A stretch of 64,000 nt of DNA. Origin: Candidatus Methanosuratincola verstraetei. Its GTDB lineage: Archaea > Thermoproteota > Methanomethylicia > Methanomethylicales > Methanomethylicaceae. Location: contig CP186953.1 in NCBI GenBank assembly GCA_049570475.1, forward strand, positions 672,001 through 736,000, in the 5' to 3' direction. Under the pieces are notes generated by a model, which saw only the letters and a program-made list of their open reading frames with translations, had not been told where the DNA came from and ran no database searches. The position numbers and the translations under genes are program-made. This document shows positions 50,265 to 59,945 of the stretch, piece by piece. The first letter of the stretch is position 1; every line of letters starts with the position of its first letter.

Positions 50265-51297
50265 GATCGGGAACGAGATCTATTCCGAGATAGAGAGAGG
50301 GGAGTTCCCGAGGATAAGGATACCCAGCAGGACGACCTCTAACATCGTCTTCGACGAGGAGCTCGGGCAGTTCGTCCTCGGCGACCAGAGATCCCTCAGA
50401 TCCGCGGCGAACATCAAGCAGATCAGGTCGCTGACGCAGCTCCTTTGGGTCGCATCATTCGCGAAGAGGCTTGTCTCTGAGGAGAAGAGCAGCACGCTCA
50501 GGGACCTCTACTACCACTCGCTGAACTACGGGATAAAGTTCAGGGACCAGACCGAGTCGGACGACACCGTGACGGACCTGGAGACGCTGCTGGGCGAGCC
50601 CCGGGAGGGTTTCAACATATTCCCGAAGGAGAGGTCCGCCATCTTCGGCGACTTGGAGATAGAGTACACGACTCCCGAAACCCACAAGGGGAGGAGGGTG
50701 AACCTCGGGTCCAACCCGGACGGGGTCATGGTCGGGCTCTCCGTCGCGCAGGCGGACTTTTTGTCGTGCAAGGCGGACAAGGTCTTCGTGATCGAGAAGA
50801 ACGCGGTCTTCAGGAGGTTCATCGAGGAGCGGGTGTATGACAAGTTCAACGCAATCCTGATAGACACAGCCGGGCAGGCGCCCAGGCTTGCGAGGCTGCT
50901 GATCAGGCGGCTCAACCAGGAGCTCGGGCTGCCCGTGTACCTCCTCACGGACGCGGACCCGTGGGGGATGCACATCGCGATGGTCATCATCAGGGGATCG
51001 GCGAACGCCGCGCACCTCAGGGAGCTCACGACGGTCAAGGCGAAGTGGGTCGGGCTCTGGGCCACGGACATCAAGAGGTTCAGCCTCCCGTCTTTCCCGC
51101 TCACGAAGCTGGACGAGGAGAGGATCAGGCTGCTCGAGGAGGACATGAGGTACAGGGACTTCGAGTGGCAGAGCGAACTCCAGGAGTTCAAGAAGACGAA
51201 GAGGAGGGCTGAGCTCGAGGCATTCAGCGCGCACGGGCTCACCGCGATAGTCGACAAGTACCTGCCCAAGAAGCTGAAGATGATAGAGGAGGGCTAA
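50221..51297 (+). CDS. top6A: DNA topoisomerase VI subunit A
   Basis: STLRDLYY, VIEK, TOPRIM DADPWG and AELEA. Confidence 0.97.
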   Translation: MLRKSNREVLSKLSEIGNEIYSEIERGEFPRIRIPSRTTSNIVFDEELGQFVLGDQRSLRSAANIKQIRSLTQLLWVASFAKRLVSEEKSSTLRDLYYHSLNYGIKFRDQTESDDTVTDLETLLGEPREGFNIFPKERSAIFGDLEIEYTTPETHKGRRVNLGSNPDGVMVGLSVAQADFLSCKADKVFVIEKNAVFRRFIEERVYDKFNAILIDTAGQAPRLARLLIRRLNQELGLPVYLLTDADPWGMHIAMVIIRGSANAAHLRELTTVKAKWVGLWATDIKRFSLPSFPLTKLDEERIRLLEEDMRYRDFEWQSELQEFKKTKRRAELEAFSAHGLTAIVDKYLPKKLKMIEEG

Positions 51298-51434
51298 AGA
51301 CACCCTTTTCAATTAACAAATTCCCTTTTGGAAAAGGGCTTGCAAGGGCACGATAGAGTGTAAAAGCTGACCGAAGATGCCGATAAAACGGACTGGACAA
51401 AATTCCACTTGACATTAATGGTATAACAAGAGTG

Positions 51435-51465
51435 AAAGTTTAACTATAACTCATAGTTTAACTAT
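51435..51465. promoter_or_regulatory. Two tandem palindromic operators upstream of the TA pair
   Basis: AAAGTT-T-AACTAT (51435-51447) and ATAGTT-T-AACTAT (51453-51465). Confidence 0.6.
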
Positions 51466-51501
51466 TATTTATGGATAAACTTTCCAAAAAGGTGAAATGA
51501 T

Positions 51502-51711
51502 TTGGGAGAAGTAATCAGGGTCAGGAAGAAGGGCGTTTTAATAATACCCAAAAAGATCAGGGAAGAGGCAGGGATTCAAGAGGGAGACGAGATCGTTCTC
51601 GAGGCCAAAAAAGGCGAGTTGCTGATCAGGACGTTGAAACCCAAGGTAGTTGACGTTGATCCAAAAATTATCGATGAACTGCTGAGAGAGGAAAACAACT
51701 TGGAAAGGTAG
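51502..51711 (+). CDS. AbrB/MazE-fold antitoxin (VapB-like)
   Basis: RVRKKGVLIIPKKIREEAGIQEGD. Confidence 0.88.
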   Translation: MGEVIRVRKKGVLIIPKKIREEAGIQEGDEIVLEAKKGELLIRTLKPKVVDVDPKIIDELLREENNLER

Positions 51712-51718
51712 ATTTATC

Positions 51719-52189
51719 GTGCGCACAAGATTGAAAAGGATTGCCCCCGATACAGGAGTGCTTTCGGAGTATGTGGTCAAGAGGGCGCCATATAGAAGCA
51801 GGGTTGAAGAGCTTTTCAGTCTAGCCGCCTTGAGAAAGATCGAGCTCCTGCTTGGGCATTTGACGATTAGCGAAACCATTTATGTGGTCACCAGAATCTA
51901 CCAGGAGGCGTCGGTAAATGAAGCAGACAAGCTGGCGCTGGACTTCCTGTCATGGATCAAGCCCAAATGCAAGACGGTGGGCACTACGGAGGAAATAGCA
52001 GTTCAAGCAGGAGAGCTGAAGAAAAGGATCAAGATAGCCCTTCCGGACTGCTATGTCATCGCGACGGCTAAGGCTTACGGCGGGGTCCCCCTCTTCAGGA
52101 AAGTGGAGGCGGAGATGGAGCCTTTTGTAGGATACTTGAAGGGGATCGGAGTCCAGTTTTTGGATGATGAGCGATGGTCGTTGGCTTAA
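51719..52189 (+). CDS. PIN-domain toxin (VapC-like)
   Basis: DTGVL, TISE and ALPDCYVIATA; follows the antitoxin. Confidence 0.88.
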   Translation: MRTRLKRIAPDTGVLSEYVVKRAPYRSRVEELFSLAALRKIELLLGHLTISETIYVVTRIYQEASVNEADKLALDFLSWIKPKCKTVGTTEEIAVQAGELKKRIKIALPDCYVIATAKAYGGVPLFRKVEAEMEPFVGYLKGIGVQFLDDERWSLA

Positions 52190-52289
52190 AGGTTGAGTTA
52201 GGAAGAAGGCTGCTCACGGAAAAATTGAACTGCTCGGAAAAAGGCGCAACAAAAAACATTAATATCGAGTCCTATTGCTCATCTATAGA

Positions 52290-52366
52290 GCCGCGGTAGC
52301 TCAGCTCGGTAGAGCGACGGGCTGTTAACCCGTTGGTCGAAGGTTCGAGTCCTTCCCGCGGCGCCA
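52290..52366 (+). tRNA. tRNA-Asn(GTT)
   Basis: Cloverleaf with ACGGG-CTGTTAA-CCCGT and encoded CCA. Confidence 0.96.
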
Positions 52367-52433
52367 AAAGGCTTATACGTTTTCATTTTACTTTCCAAAG
52401 AGATGGGATTTAGCAAGTAAAAGGTGCACAAAG

Positions 52434-53126
52434 ATGGAGGGGAAGATCCCGAAAGAGGTCTCGGCGACGATACTCCTGACGGTCTACAGGTCGGGAGAGC
52501 TCACAATGACCGAGCTGCACGAAAAGACGAAGTTCAGCACGATCACGGTGTTGAACCACGTGAATGCCCTGTTGGCAGCAGGGCTGCTCGAGGAGGAGAG
52601 GGTTGGGAACTTCCCGAAGAAGAGGGTGCTCAAGACGAGCCAGGAAGGGAAGAGAATAGCATCCCTCCTCAACCTTGCGGACCTTTCCGGGCATGGAAGC
52701 GGCGACCTCATCGAGATGGGCGCAAAGGCAGGGAGGGTGGCTGCCTATCAAGAGGGCATCGCATCTCTCAGGAGGGCGAAGGCCACGAAGGATTGGCTCG
52801 TTGCCGAGCTCTTCCTCAAGGGGATTGGGGGGCTCGCAGGCGGCATTGCGGCAGCGGCGAAGGGGCTCCCTGATGCGCTCTCCGTGGAAAGGGATGCCCT
52901 GAAGGAATGGTCAAAGAGGCTAGAGGCGCACTACGCGGAGGGGCAGAGGCGCTTGGGGGCGGAGGACCTGAACGGGTGCATCTCAATCGTCTCTAAAGCC
53001 TTGGCAGAATTCGCGGGCGCCTCCAAGGTCTTCAGCGATGCCATCCAGAAATTGAAGGACATGAAGCTAGAGGAGCTGGCGAACTACCTCGAGTTCCTAG
53101 CGCCGAAGCAGACCCAAAAGGAATAA
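52434..53126 (+). CDS. Winged-helix DNA-binding protein with helical C-terminal domain
   Basis: LTMTELHEKTKFSTITVLNHVNALLAAGLLEE...FPKKRVLKTS. Confidence 0.75.
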   Translation: MEGKIPKEVSATILLTVYRSGELTMTELHEKTKFSTITVLNHVNALLAAGLLEEERVGNFPKKRVLKTSQEGKRIASLLNLADLSGHGSGDLIEMGAKAGRVAAYQEGIASLRRAKATKDWLVAELFLKGIGGLAGGIAAAAKGLPDALSVERDALKEWSKRLEAHYAEGQRRLGAEDLNGCISIVSKALAEFAGASKVFSDAIQKLKDMKLEELANYLEFLAPKQTQKE

Positions 53127-53153
53127 ATTTCACAAGTATAATTCCACATTCGG

Positions 53154-53228
53154 GGGCCCGTAGCTTAGTCCGGCCATAGCGACAGACTCATAATCTGTTG
53201 GTCGAGGGTTCGAGTCCCTCCGGGCCCA
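53154..53228 (+). tRNA. tRNA with CAT anticodon, most likely tRNA-Ile2
   Basis: ACAGA-CTCATAA-TCTGT. The G1-C72 GGGCCCG acceptor and A discriminator resemble archaeal Ile tRNAs; it lacks the initiator A1-U72 pair. Confidence 0.85.
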
Positions 53229-53321
53229 CCTTAAATAATATTTTGTTAACAAACAAAACAATTGCCAAAACAATCTAAAGGTCCATTGCAAGCACATATC
53301 AACTTTGACAAATTGTACATT

Positions 53322-54125
53322 TTAAATATAAAAAAAATAATTGTTATTAGAAATTTTCTTCCACCTATACCCAAATTTACTCATTAAATTCAAAACTTTT
53401 TCTTGGTTTTGTTCAAAGATCTCCACTATAAGCTTGGGTCGACTATTTTCAAGTGTTTGCGAAAGCCCTTCCAAAACTTCATATTCAGCACCTTCGACAT
53501 CAATTTTCACCCAATTAACGTTTGTTCCACCGAGAATATGATCCAAAGGTTTAGCCTCTAATGTGTAATAACCAAATTTTTGACATCCCTTTATGGAACC
53601 GTGACCGCTTGAATCGCCCTTATAAAATCTGAGTTTACTTTCATTATTCCAAGCGATGATGTTGAATGCATAAACGTTGCTTAAATTATTAATTTCGACA
53701 TTTCTTTTTAAGAGTTTGAAATTTATGGGATCAGCTTCGATTGCGATAACTTTGCCAGAAGGACCGATCAATTTTGCTATTTTAATCACATACTTACCAA
53801 TATGTGCACCTACATCCAGAAAAACTTCGCCTTTACCAGGATAAAGGCATTCATGCATCCAATTTTCGGTAACATCTCTAAGAATAATAAAGCTCTCCAC
53901 ATCTTTTAAATAAAAAATTAGATCGTCTTTAATAATTTTAGTATTTTTTAAATTAATTCTTAAAAAATAACTGTCAAGTTTTACTGCAAAACTATTAAGT
54001 CGAATCAAATAAAATGGCAGAATTAAAAACCTTGCTATCAAAATTAAAGCAAGTTTATGGCTACTATTGAGAATATTTATTATATCTCTAAAATAATTTA
54101 TAGGTAAAGAAATATTTTTAATCAT
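53322..54125 (-). CDS. FkbM-family methyltransferase
   Basis: FLDVGAHIG, IEAD and KIDVEGAEYEVL. Confidence 0.92.
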   Translation of the reverse strand: MIKNISLPINYFRDIINILNSSHKLALILIARFLILPFYLIRLNSFAVKLDSYFLRINLKNTKIIKDDLIFYLKDVESFIILRDVTENWMHECLYPGKGEVFLDVGAHIGKYVIKIAKLIGPSGKVIAIEADPINFKLLKRNVEINNLSNVYAFNIIAWNNESKLRFYKGDSSGHGSIKGCQKFGYYTLEAKPLDHILGGTNVNWVKIDVEGAEYEVLEGLSQTLENSRPKLIVEIFEQNQEKVLNLMSKFGYRWKKISNNNYFFYI

Positions 54126-54178
54126 ATTTCAGTCAACTTTTTGAGTATTTTTATCAGGTTATTAAATTTATCGACGGG

Positions 54179-54435
54179 TCTATAAAAAAGAGTTCGTAGC
54201 AGACCCTTTGTTGTGGTTTAAAATCTAGGAACGTCGTGCAAGTCTAAAATTTGATAGTAACTTTTTGAAAAGGCAGGCACAAGCGCAGGATCTCGATGCG
54301 AATGGAAATGATGGGGAAACGAATCGGAGGGGGTTTAAGAGAGGGCGGAAAACGTTGATGAATAACTGACAACCGTTTCCATAAAGAAGTAGAAGGCGAC
54401 GTTAAAGGATAAGTTTATCGAAGTCCTCTAATTAA
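54179..54435 (-). pseudogene. Degenerate tandem copy of the 3' end of the adjacent GT2 gene
   Basis: 54179 onward aligns to 54436 onward (offset 257); shared blocks include CAGACCCTTT and AAATCTAGGAACGT. Confidence 0.7.
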
Positions 54436-55469
54436 TCTATAAAAATAGTTCTTATCAGACCCTTTATCGTGACTTTAAATCTAGGAACGTTGTGGAAGTC
54501 TATAATCCGATATTGCTTTTTTAAAGCCTTGCCAAGACGAATGCCATCAATAAGTGCACGGACGTGAGAAAGTTTAGCATTCGGTTTAAAAAAAATAAAC
54601 TTGAGGCACCACAAAATTGGTATCACTATTCGATAAGGACTATTTGAAATGACGAGAAAAGCTACCCTATTCCGCACGCTGTAAAGATATCTTATTCGAT
54701 GCTTCTTCATTATTGCACCTCGAAGATGACGCCCTACGACTTTCGGGATTAGCACACACTTGTAACCTGAACCCCAAAGAAGGGTGGAAAGAAGCATGTC
54801 TTCCAAATAGTACATGAATCCAGCGGTTAGATATAGATTGTTTTTTGAAAAAATGACCTTCTCAACTGCATCTACTCGATACATAGGCATAGTGCCTTCT
54901 ACATAGGAGAGTTCTACAGGATTGTTTAAGTACTTAAGAACTTGATCTATGTTTTTATTAATAAAAGGGGAACGAATTGCAACAATATCATTGAAATAAA
55001 ATCCCGCGCTATCAACTTTCTTTGACTCGAAGCTTTCGACTATGCCTTGTAATGCACCCACGTTGACATTAGATTCCATAAAATGGACGTATTCGTTAAT
55101 TATGTTTTGATTAGGGATAGCATCGGTGTTTACGAGAAGGACATACTTCGTATCAGGATCTCTCATTGCATATGCGGCATTATAGCCACCGCAGAACCCA
55201 TAATTATTTTTTAGTTTTAACATTTTGATCTGAATTTTTTGAAAAATGTTGTAATTGATAAAATTTTGAATCAATTCCCAACTCCCATCCGTAGAACCAT
55301 TATCCACAACTATCAACTCGAAGTTGGGGTAATCAATTCTAACCAGTGACGTTAAGATTTTTTCAATAGCTGATTTTATGTGATTTGTGTTATAATTTAA
55401 CCATAGCACACTTACTTTTGGCAATCTGGTGGCATCTTTTTCTGGATGCGAATCAATCATTAGAGTCAT
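54432..55469 (-). CDS. Glycosyltransferase family 2
   Basis: VVDNGSTDGS, NYGFCGGYN, NTDA and FMYYLED. Confidence 0.9.
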   Translation of the reverse strand: MTLMIDSHPEKDATRLPKVSVLWLNYNTNHIKSAIEKILTSLVRIDYPNFELIVVDNGSTDGSWELIQNFINYNIFQKIQIKMLKLKNNYGFCGGYNAAYAMRDPDTKYVLLVNTDAIPNQNIINEYVHFMESNVNVGALQGIVESFESKKVDSAGFYFNDIVAIRSPFINKNIDQVLKYLNNPVELSYVEGTMPMYRVDAVEKVIFSKNNLYLTAGFMYYLEDMLLSTLLWGSGYKCVLIPKVVGRHLRGAIMKKHRIRYLYSVRNRVAFLVISNSPYRIVIPILWCLKFIFFKPNAKLSHVRALIDGIRLGKALKKQYRIIDFHNVPRFKVTIKGLIRTIFID

Positions 55470-55479
55470 AATTGATCAC

Positions 55480-56733
55480 TTAATGTTCGTTAGATTCTTT
55501 TGTTTTTGTTTGATTAATGGGTTTCTGAATACCAATAAACCGATATAGAATACTAATTTCGTTTGAAATTATAGATTTCCAGTCTGCATGCTCAAACTTT
55601 TGCTCTATTGAATTGTTTGAAGAAAGTAAATTGATGACTTGAGACGCGAGTGCTGCCACATCTCCCTCAGGGACCAAATATACCCCATCTGCACGGCTAT
55701 AGTTAAAGGCTAAAGCGGGGATACCATATGCAACTACAGGCGTTCCCAACGATAGACATTCCAAGACCGAGTAAGGAAAACCATCAATGTGACTCGGATA
55801 GACTGCCACTTTTGACATGCGCATATACTTGTAAAGAGTTCTGGTTGGCAGGTATCCAGTCAAAATCACGTTTTGAGAAACCCTAAGCCGGTTTGAAAGC
55901 AATCTTATTATCAATGACGATTTACGCCCAATTTTTCCAGTTATAAGGAGTTTTACTTCATTTTGTTTATTTTTAATTAATTTCAAGGCATAAATTGCTT
56001 CTGCTATTCCTTTCAATGGATCTGCTCTCGCTGGAAATATTAACAAATTTTTACTCTTTTTTATTTTTTTATTTATTTCTTGAATATTTTGTAGATCAGA
56101 TTCATCCAGACTGACTCCCGGATCTACAGGGTGTACAGTTTCATACATTTTTCCCATTTCAAAGGCAATAGAACGCGAAATAGGCATAATTAGATCAAAA
56201 TCTTTTAAAAGATCTTTAGATTTATTCCATAATTTTTTAATTGAAATCATTTGCAATAAGGAATAAAAAGGCATCATGAGAAGACCATAATATCTTATTA
56301 ATGCATTGTTAATATTTTTAACTCTTATAGAGTTGGCATAAAAAGGCGGTAATTGGAGAATCGCAACCTTTCGTACACCATAAAGATTGGCAAGTTTTTT
56401 TGTGGCGATTAAAGCTTCAGGAGATTCATGCATGGATACAACCGCGTCAACTGAAAAAGGTTGACTATACATTTTGAGATAAACTTTTTTCATGCCAAGC
56501 AGGTCTGTTAAAGACCTTCCGCCAAACACAAATGGGATGCCCTGTAAATACGCAATACCAACAATATGTCTTAATAACTCGGGATTCTTGATTTTTAATG
56601 AAGGCTTTTTCTCGGATGTCAACACAACTATTCCGACTTCTAGACCATGCTCGATGTATTCCTTAACTGCCCTTAAAGCCCTTTTATTTCCACCAGTTTC
56701 TTTTTCGTTTAAATTTGCAACAACCAAGATCAA
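55480..56733 (-). CDS. Glycosyltransferase family 4
   Basis: ARADPLKG and YPSHIDGFPYSVLECLSLGTPVV. Confidence 0.88.
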   Translation of the reverse strand: MILVVANLNEKETGGNKRALRAVKEYIEHGLEVGIVVLTSEKKPSLKIKNPELLRHIVGIAYLQGIPFVFGGRSLTDLLGMKKVYLKMYSQPFSVDAVVSMHESPEALIATKKLANLYGVRKVAILQLPPFYANSIRVKNINNALIRYYGLLMMPFYSLLQMISIKKLWNKSKDLLKDFDLIMPISRSIAFEMGKMYETVHPVDPGVSLDESDLQNIQEINKKIKKSKNLLIFPARADPLKGIAEAIYALKLIKNKQNEVKLLITGKIGRKSSLIIRLLSNRLRVSQNVILTGYLPTRTLYKYMRMSKVAVYPSHIDGFPYSVLECLSLGTPVVAYGIPALAFNYSRADGVYLVPEGDVAALASQVINLLSSNNSIEQKFEHADWKSIISNEISILYRFIGIQKPINQTKTKESNEH

Positions 56734-56771
56734 TTGGATTACCTCAATTTTATTCTGTTATTAATGGTTTT

Positions 56772-57854
56772 TTATAATATTTCTTTTATTATTTTTAGTA
56801 TTTCTTCAGTAGTTTTATGCCAAGAAAGCTCTTTTGAATAAAAGGCGCCTTTTTGGGACAACTCCATACGTAATTTTTCATCAACTATGAGGCGCCGAAT
56901 CGCGTCTGCCAATCCAAAAACATCTCCGGGCTTTACGATCAATGCTCGTTCATAGTTCACTATTCCTGTTTTTTGAAAGATATCAGTGCAAACGACGGGA
57001 AGATCGGATGCGAATGCCTCGGCTATTGTGATCCCCCACCCTTCCTCACCTATTGAAGGTTGAACATAGATGTCGGCCATTTTATAATATTTTATGAGCT
57101 CCGAATCACTCACTTGCCCTGCAAAGAATATATCATTTCTATTAAACTCTGCTAGCTTTTTGAGCCTTTCATAATGCAATTTATTTTCTTTCGAGACTCC
57201 GCCAACCAAAATAAGTCTGCAATTCGGATGGTTTTGCTTAATGATCCTAAATGCATTTATTAGAATATCGTGACCTTTGTTCGGAGCGATTCTAGCTACA
57301 CATAAGATATTAACACCTTCATGTTCAATTTTAGGACCTTTGAAGGAATCGGCGTCTACGCCTTCATTAACAACTTTGATTTTCTCTGGAGGGACCTTCA
57401 AGAACAATTGGAGGTCGTTCGAAGTCAACTCTGAAGGAACCACCATAACTGTGGACTTCCTAACCACTCTTTTAAGGATTCTGACCCTAAAAAAATATTT
57501 TAAAATTTGTTTCTTTGCATTTTTCGATGTGAAAAGTCCAACATCATGAATGATTGGTATACAAGGAACCTTGAGCAAGAGCGGAGAGAGTTCGGCCCAA
57601 TATTGATTCACTATGCAAACGTCAGGTCTAATTTTGTTAATTTTACGGGCTGCGGCAAAGGAAAACAAGAGTTGCGTTATAAAAGGTATCCTTGGAAAAT
57701 TCAAGTATGCAACATTTTTCTCACATGCACTATCAAGCGTAACTGCAATAACTTCATGTTTTTTTGTCAGCTCATCGAACACTCGTTTTATATACCTTTC
57801 TGAGCCGCCTTTTGTCGTTGTGAACCAAGTCCTTGCAATTATTCCGATCATCAA
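56772..57854 (-). CDS. Glycosyltransferase family 4
   Basis: GGSER, ARIAPNKG and EGWGITIAEAFASDLPVV. Confidence 0.92.
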   Translation of the reverse strand: MMIGIIARTWFTTTKGGSERYIKRVFDELTKKHEVIAVTLDSACEKNVAYLNFPRIPFITQLLFSFAAARKINKIRPDVCIVNQYWAELSPLLLKVPCIPIIHDVGLFTSKNAKKQILKYFFRVRILKRVVRKSTVMVVPSELTSNDLQLFLKVPPEKIKVVNEGVDADSFKGPKIEHEGVNILCVARIAPNKGHDILINAFRIIKQNHPNCRLILVGGVSKENKLHYERLKKLAEFNRNDIFFAGQVSDSELIKYYKMADIYVQPSIGEEGWGITIAEAFASDLPVVCTDIFQKTGIVNYERALIVKPGDVFGLADAIRRLIVDEKLRMELSQKGAFYSKELSWHKTTEEILKIIKEIL

Positions 57855-57861
57855 GGTTAGA

Positions 57862-58764
57862 TCACTTCAGAATTTTTATTAGGATCGCCTCTAACTCAAC
57901 TTTGCTCCTGGCATACCAACACTTGCCGAGCTTACTTAAGTAAGCGGCTTGTTTTAGCTGGTGATCTGCAGAAGTATTCTTTCTTGGGTACAGTATGAGT
58001 TTTCGGTTCTTTGCTAGGACTTCGAACGCAGTTAAACCGCCAGTAGTGATCACGCAGTCAGACTTTGTTATGAGATCTGATATCCCGATAAAAAAATCTT
58101 TGATAATGCACTTATTCTTTAATTCTAGCTTCTCGCCGGCTGTCTGCACTATCCAAGAGCATGAAAGCTTCTTATCTAGATAGCCGATTGCATCAAGAAG
58201 TTCTGGGTAAGGTCTTCTTCCTGAAAAAACTGATACGATAGGTCGCACCAGATCGACATCTAGCCCAGACTCTTGCTCAGGCAACAACGGACCTACAAGT
58301 TTGGAGTTTTTGAACCAAGGAATCTGCACATCCCAGTGGACCCAAGTCTCATCTGCTACCCAAGACAGGACTTTGGCAGTAAGCGAAGGAAATAAAATCC
58401 GGTCGACTGCCTCTACATTTATCAGCTTTCTGCCAGTAAATTTTGCAATTATTGATAGAGGGATTGCCGGATTAGGTCCAGTCGAAATAACTGTTTGGGG
58501 TTTTTCTTTCATGAGGATCCTTATCGCTTGTAAAGCGTTTAGAAAGAATCTTGCAACGACAGTTGGTGAGAAGAGCTTTTCCCCCATCTCTCTCGGCTCG
58601 GTGATTTCATAATACTTTATTCCTAAATAATTGAGCTTCTTTTTCGTTAAATCATCATTTTTCAAAATAACAAATGAGGGTTCACCGCTTATTTTTTTCA
58701 GGCAGGCTAGTGCAACTCCAGTATGTCCTCCTCCGAAGGCGGTGATCAGAAAGCGCATAGCCAT
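57862..58764 (-). CDS. Single-chain Alg14/Alg13-like (GT28/MurG-fold) glycosyltransferase
   Basis: GGGHTG, ISTGPNPAIP, VHW, then ITTGG..FEVL and YPR..SADHQ. Start ATG at 58764 or 58758. Confidence 0.75.
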   Translation of the reverse strand: MAMRFLITAFGGGHTGVALACLKKISGEPSFVILKNDDLTKKKLNYLGIKYYEITEPREMGEKLFSPTVVARFFLNALQAIRILMKEKPQTVISTGPNPAIPLSIIAKFTGRKLINVEAVDRILFPSLTAKVLSWVADETWVHWDVQIPWFKNSKLVGPLLPEQESGLDVDLVRPIVSVFSGRRPYPELLDAIGYLDKKLSCSWIVQTAGEKLELKNKCIIKDFFIGISDLITKSDCVITTGGLTAFEVLAKNRKLILYPRKNTSADHQLKQAAYLSKLGKCWYARSKVELEAILIKILK

Positions 58765-58852
58765 CTGTAAGAAAAAAGAAGCGTCTATATATAAATAAAT
58801 CCGGGTAGATTCAATCACCAATCTAAATACGGACCGATGGGGGAACGCACGA

Positions 58853-59941
58853 TTGGCAGATGACTTCATACCTTATTTTGAACCGATGGTTGCGATCTGT
58901 ACAACATGCAAAAATGCGGCTCTGACGATCGGATATTCGATTGATAGTGTAATTAAATTGAACTATCCAAAGGAAAAGATTGTTTATATTTTGGTGGATT
59001 CTCAAAGTTCTGATAATACAAAAGAAGTTTCCAGAGAAATACTTACTCAAAATAACATTAGGCATATTATAATAAATAAGAAATGTAGCATATCAGAAGG
59101 AAGAAATATATGTTCTGAAGTTGCAAATAAATTTTTAATAAACTATGTATTTTTCATAGATGCCGACGTAGTAATTTTAGATCCAAATTTGTTAAAATAA
59201 TGCCTAAAACTATCAATGAAAAACGATAAAACTGTTTTTTTCATCGATACAGAGTTTAAAAACTTTTCTAATAAAGAAAATATGGAAAAATTTTTACAAA
59301 AAATTGAGTATACAAAAAATCAGTACAAATTGAAAGATGTAGCCTGGTGTGGGACAGGATTATTTTTTATAAAAAATGACATTTTTAATAAAATTAAATT
59401 TCAAGAAGATATGAATTTTTTTGAGGACAGATATTTTGGATATCAGCTTAGAAGTTGCGGCTATAAATTAAATTTTATTACTTCAAAAAATCCATTGGCT
59501 TATGACATAAATATCAAAAAATATTCTGACATATATATTAAAATGCCTATAATTGAATATTTGAGGGCAATAAATAAAAAAACTTTTGCATTAGCCTACA
59601 CAAATTATGATGGGAATGCTTTAAGATCGTCAATCAGTTTTTTAAAGTCATTGGAAGGAAAGAGAACAATTTTTCATACATTTTATTTATCATTGATACT
59701 TGTTGGACTTTTTTATTATTTCTTAATAGAAAAAACAATTGGATTAATTATAATATTTTTTGGATTTGCAATATTAGTACTATGGGCATTTAACATGAGG
59801 TTTAGAAGGTGTAGAAATCTGAAAGAAACTTTTTCATGTGTGTTCAAGTTTTCTATTTTCGGGATCTATACCTTTTTTTCTGTGCCGTTCTTTTTGATGA
59901 TAAAGAAAAACACTTTAAAAAAAATTTTTTCTGAAAATTAA
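58853..59941 (+). pseudogene. GT2 with C-terminal TM helices, split by an in-frame TAA at 59198-59200
   Basis: Both ORFs are in the same frame; VDSQSSDNT and FIDAD lie before the stop, FFED after it. Confidence 0.8.
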
Positions 59942-59945
59942 TTTT

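Noticed and set aside
53154-53228. Initiator tRNA-Met
   Set aside because: Lacks A1-U72 and the three consecutive G-C pairs in the anticodon stem.
54179-54700. Possible DGR template/variable repeat pair
   Set aside because: Mismatches involve all four bases plus indels rather than adenines only, and no reverse transcriptase is in the window.
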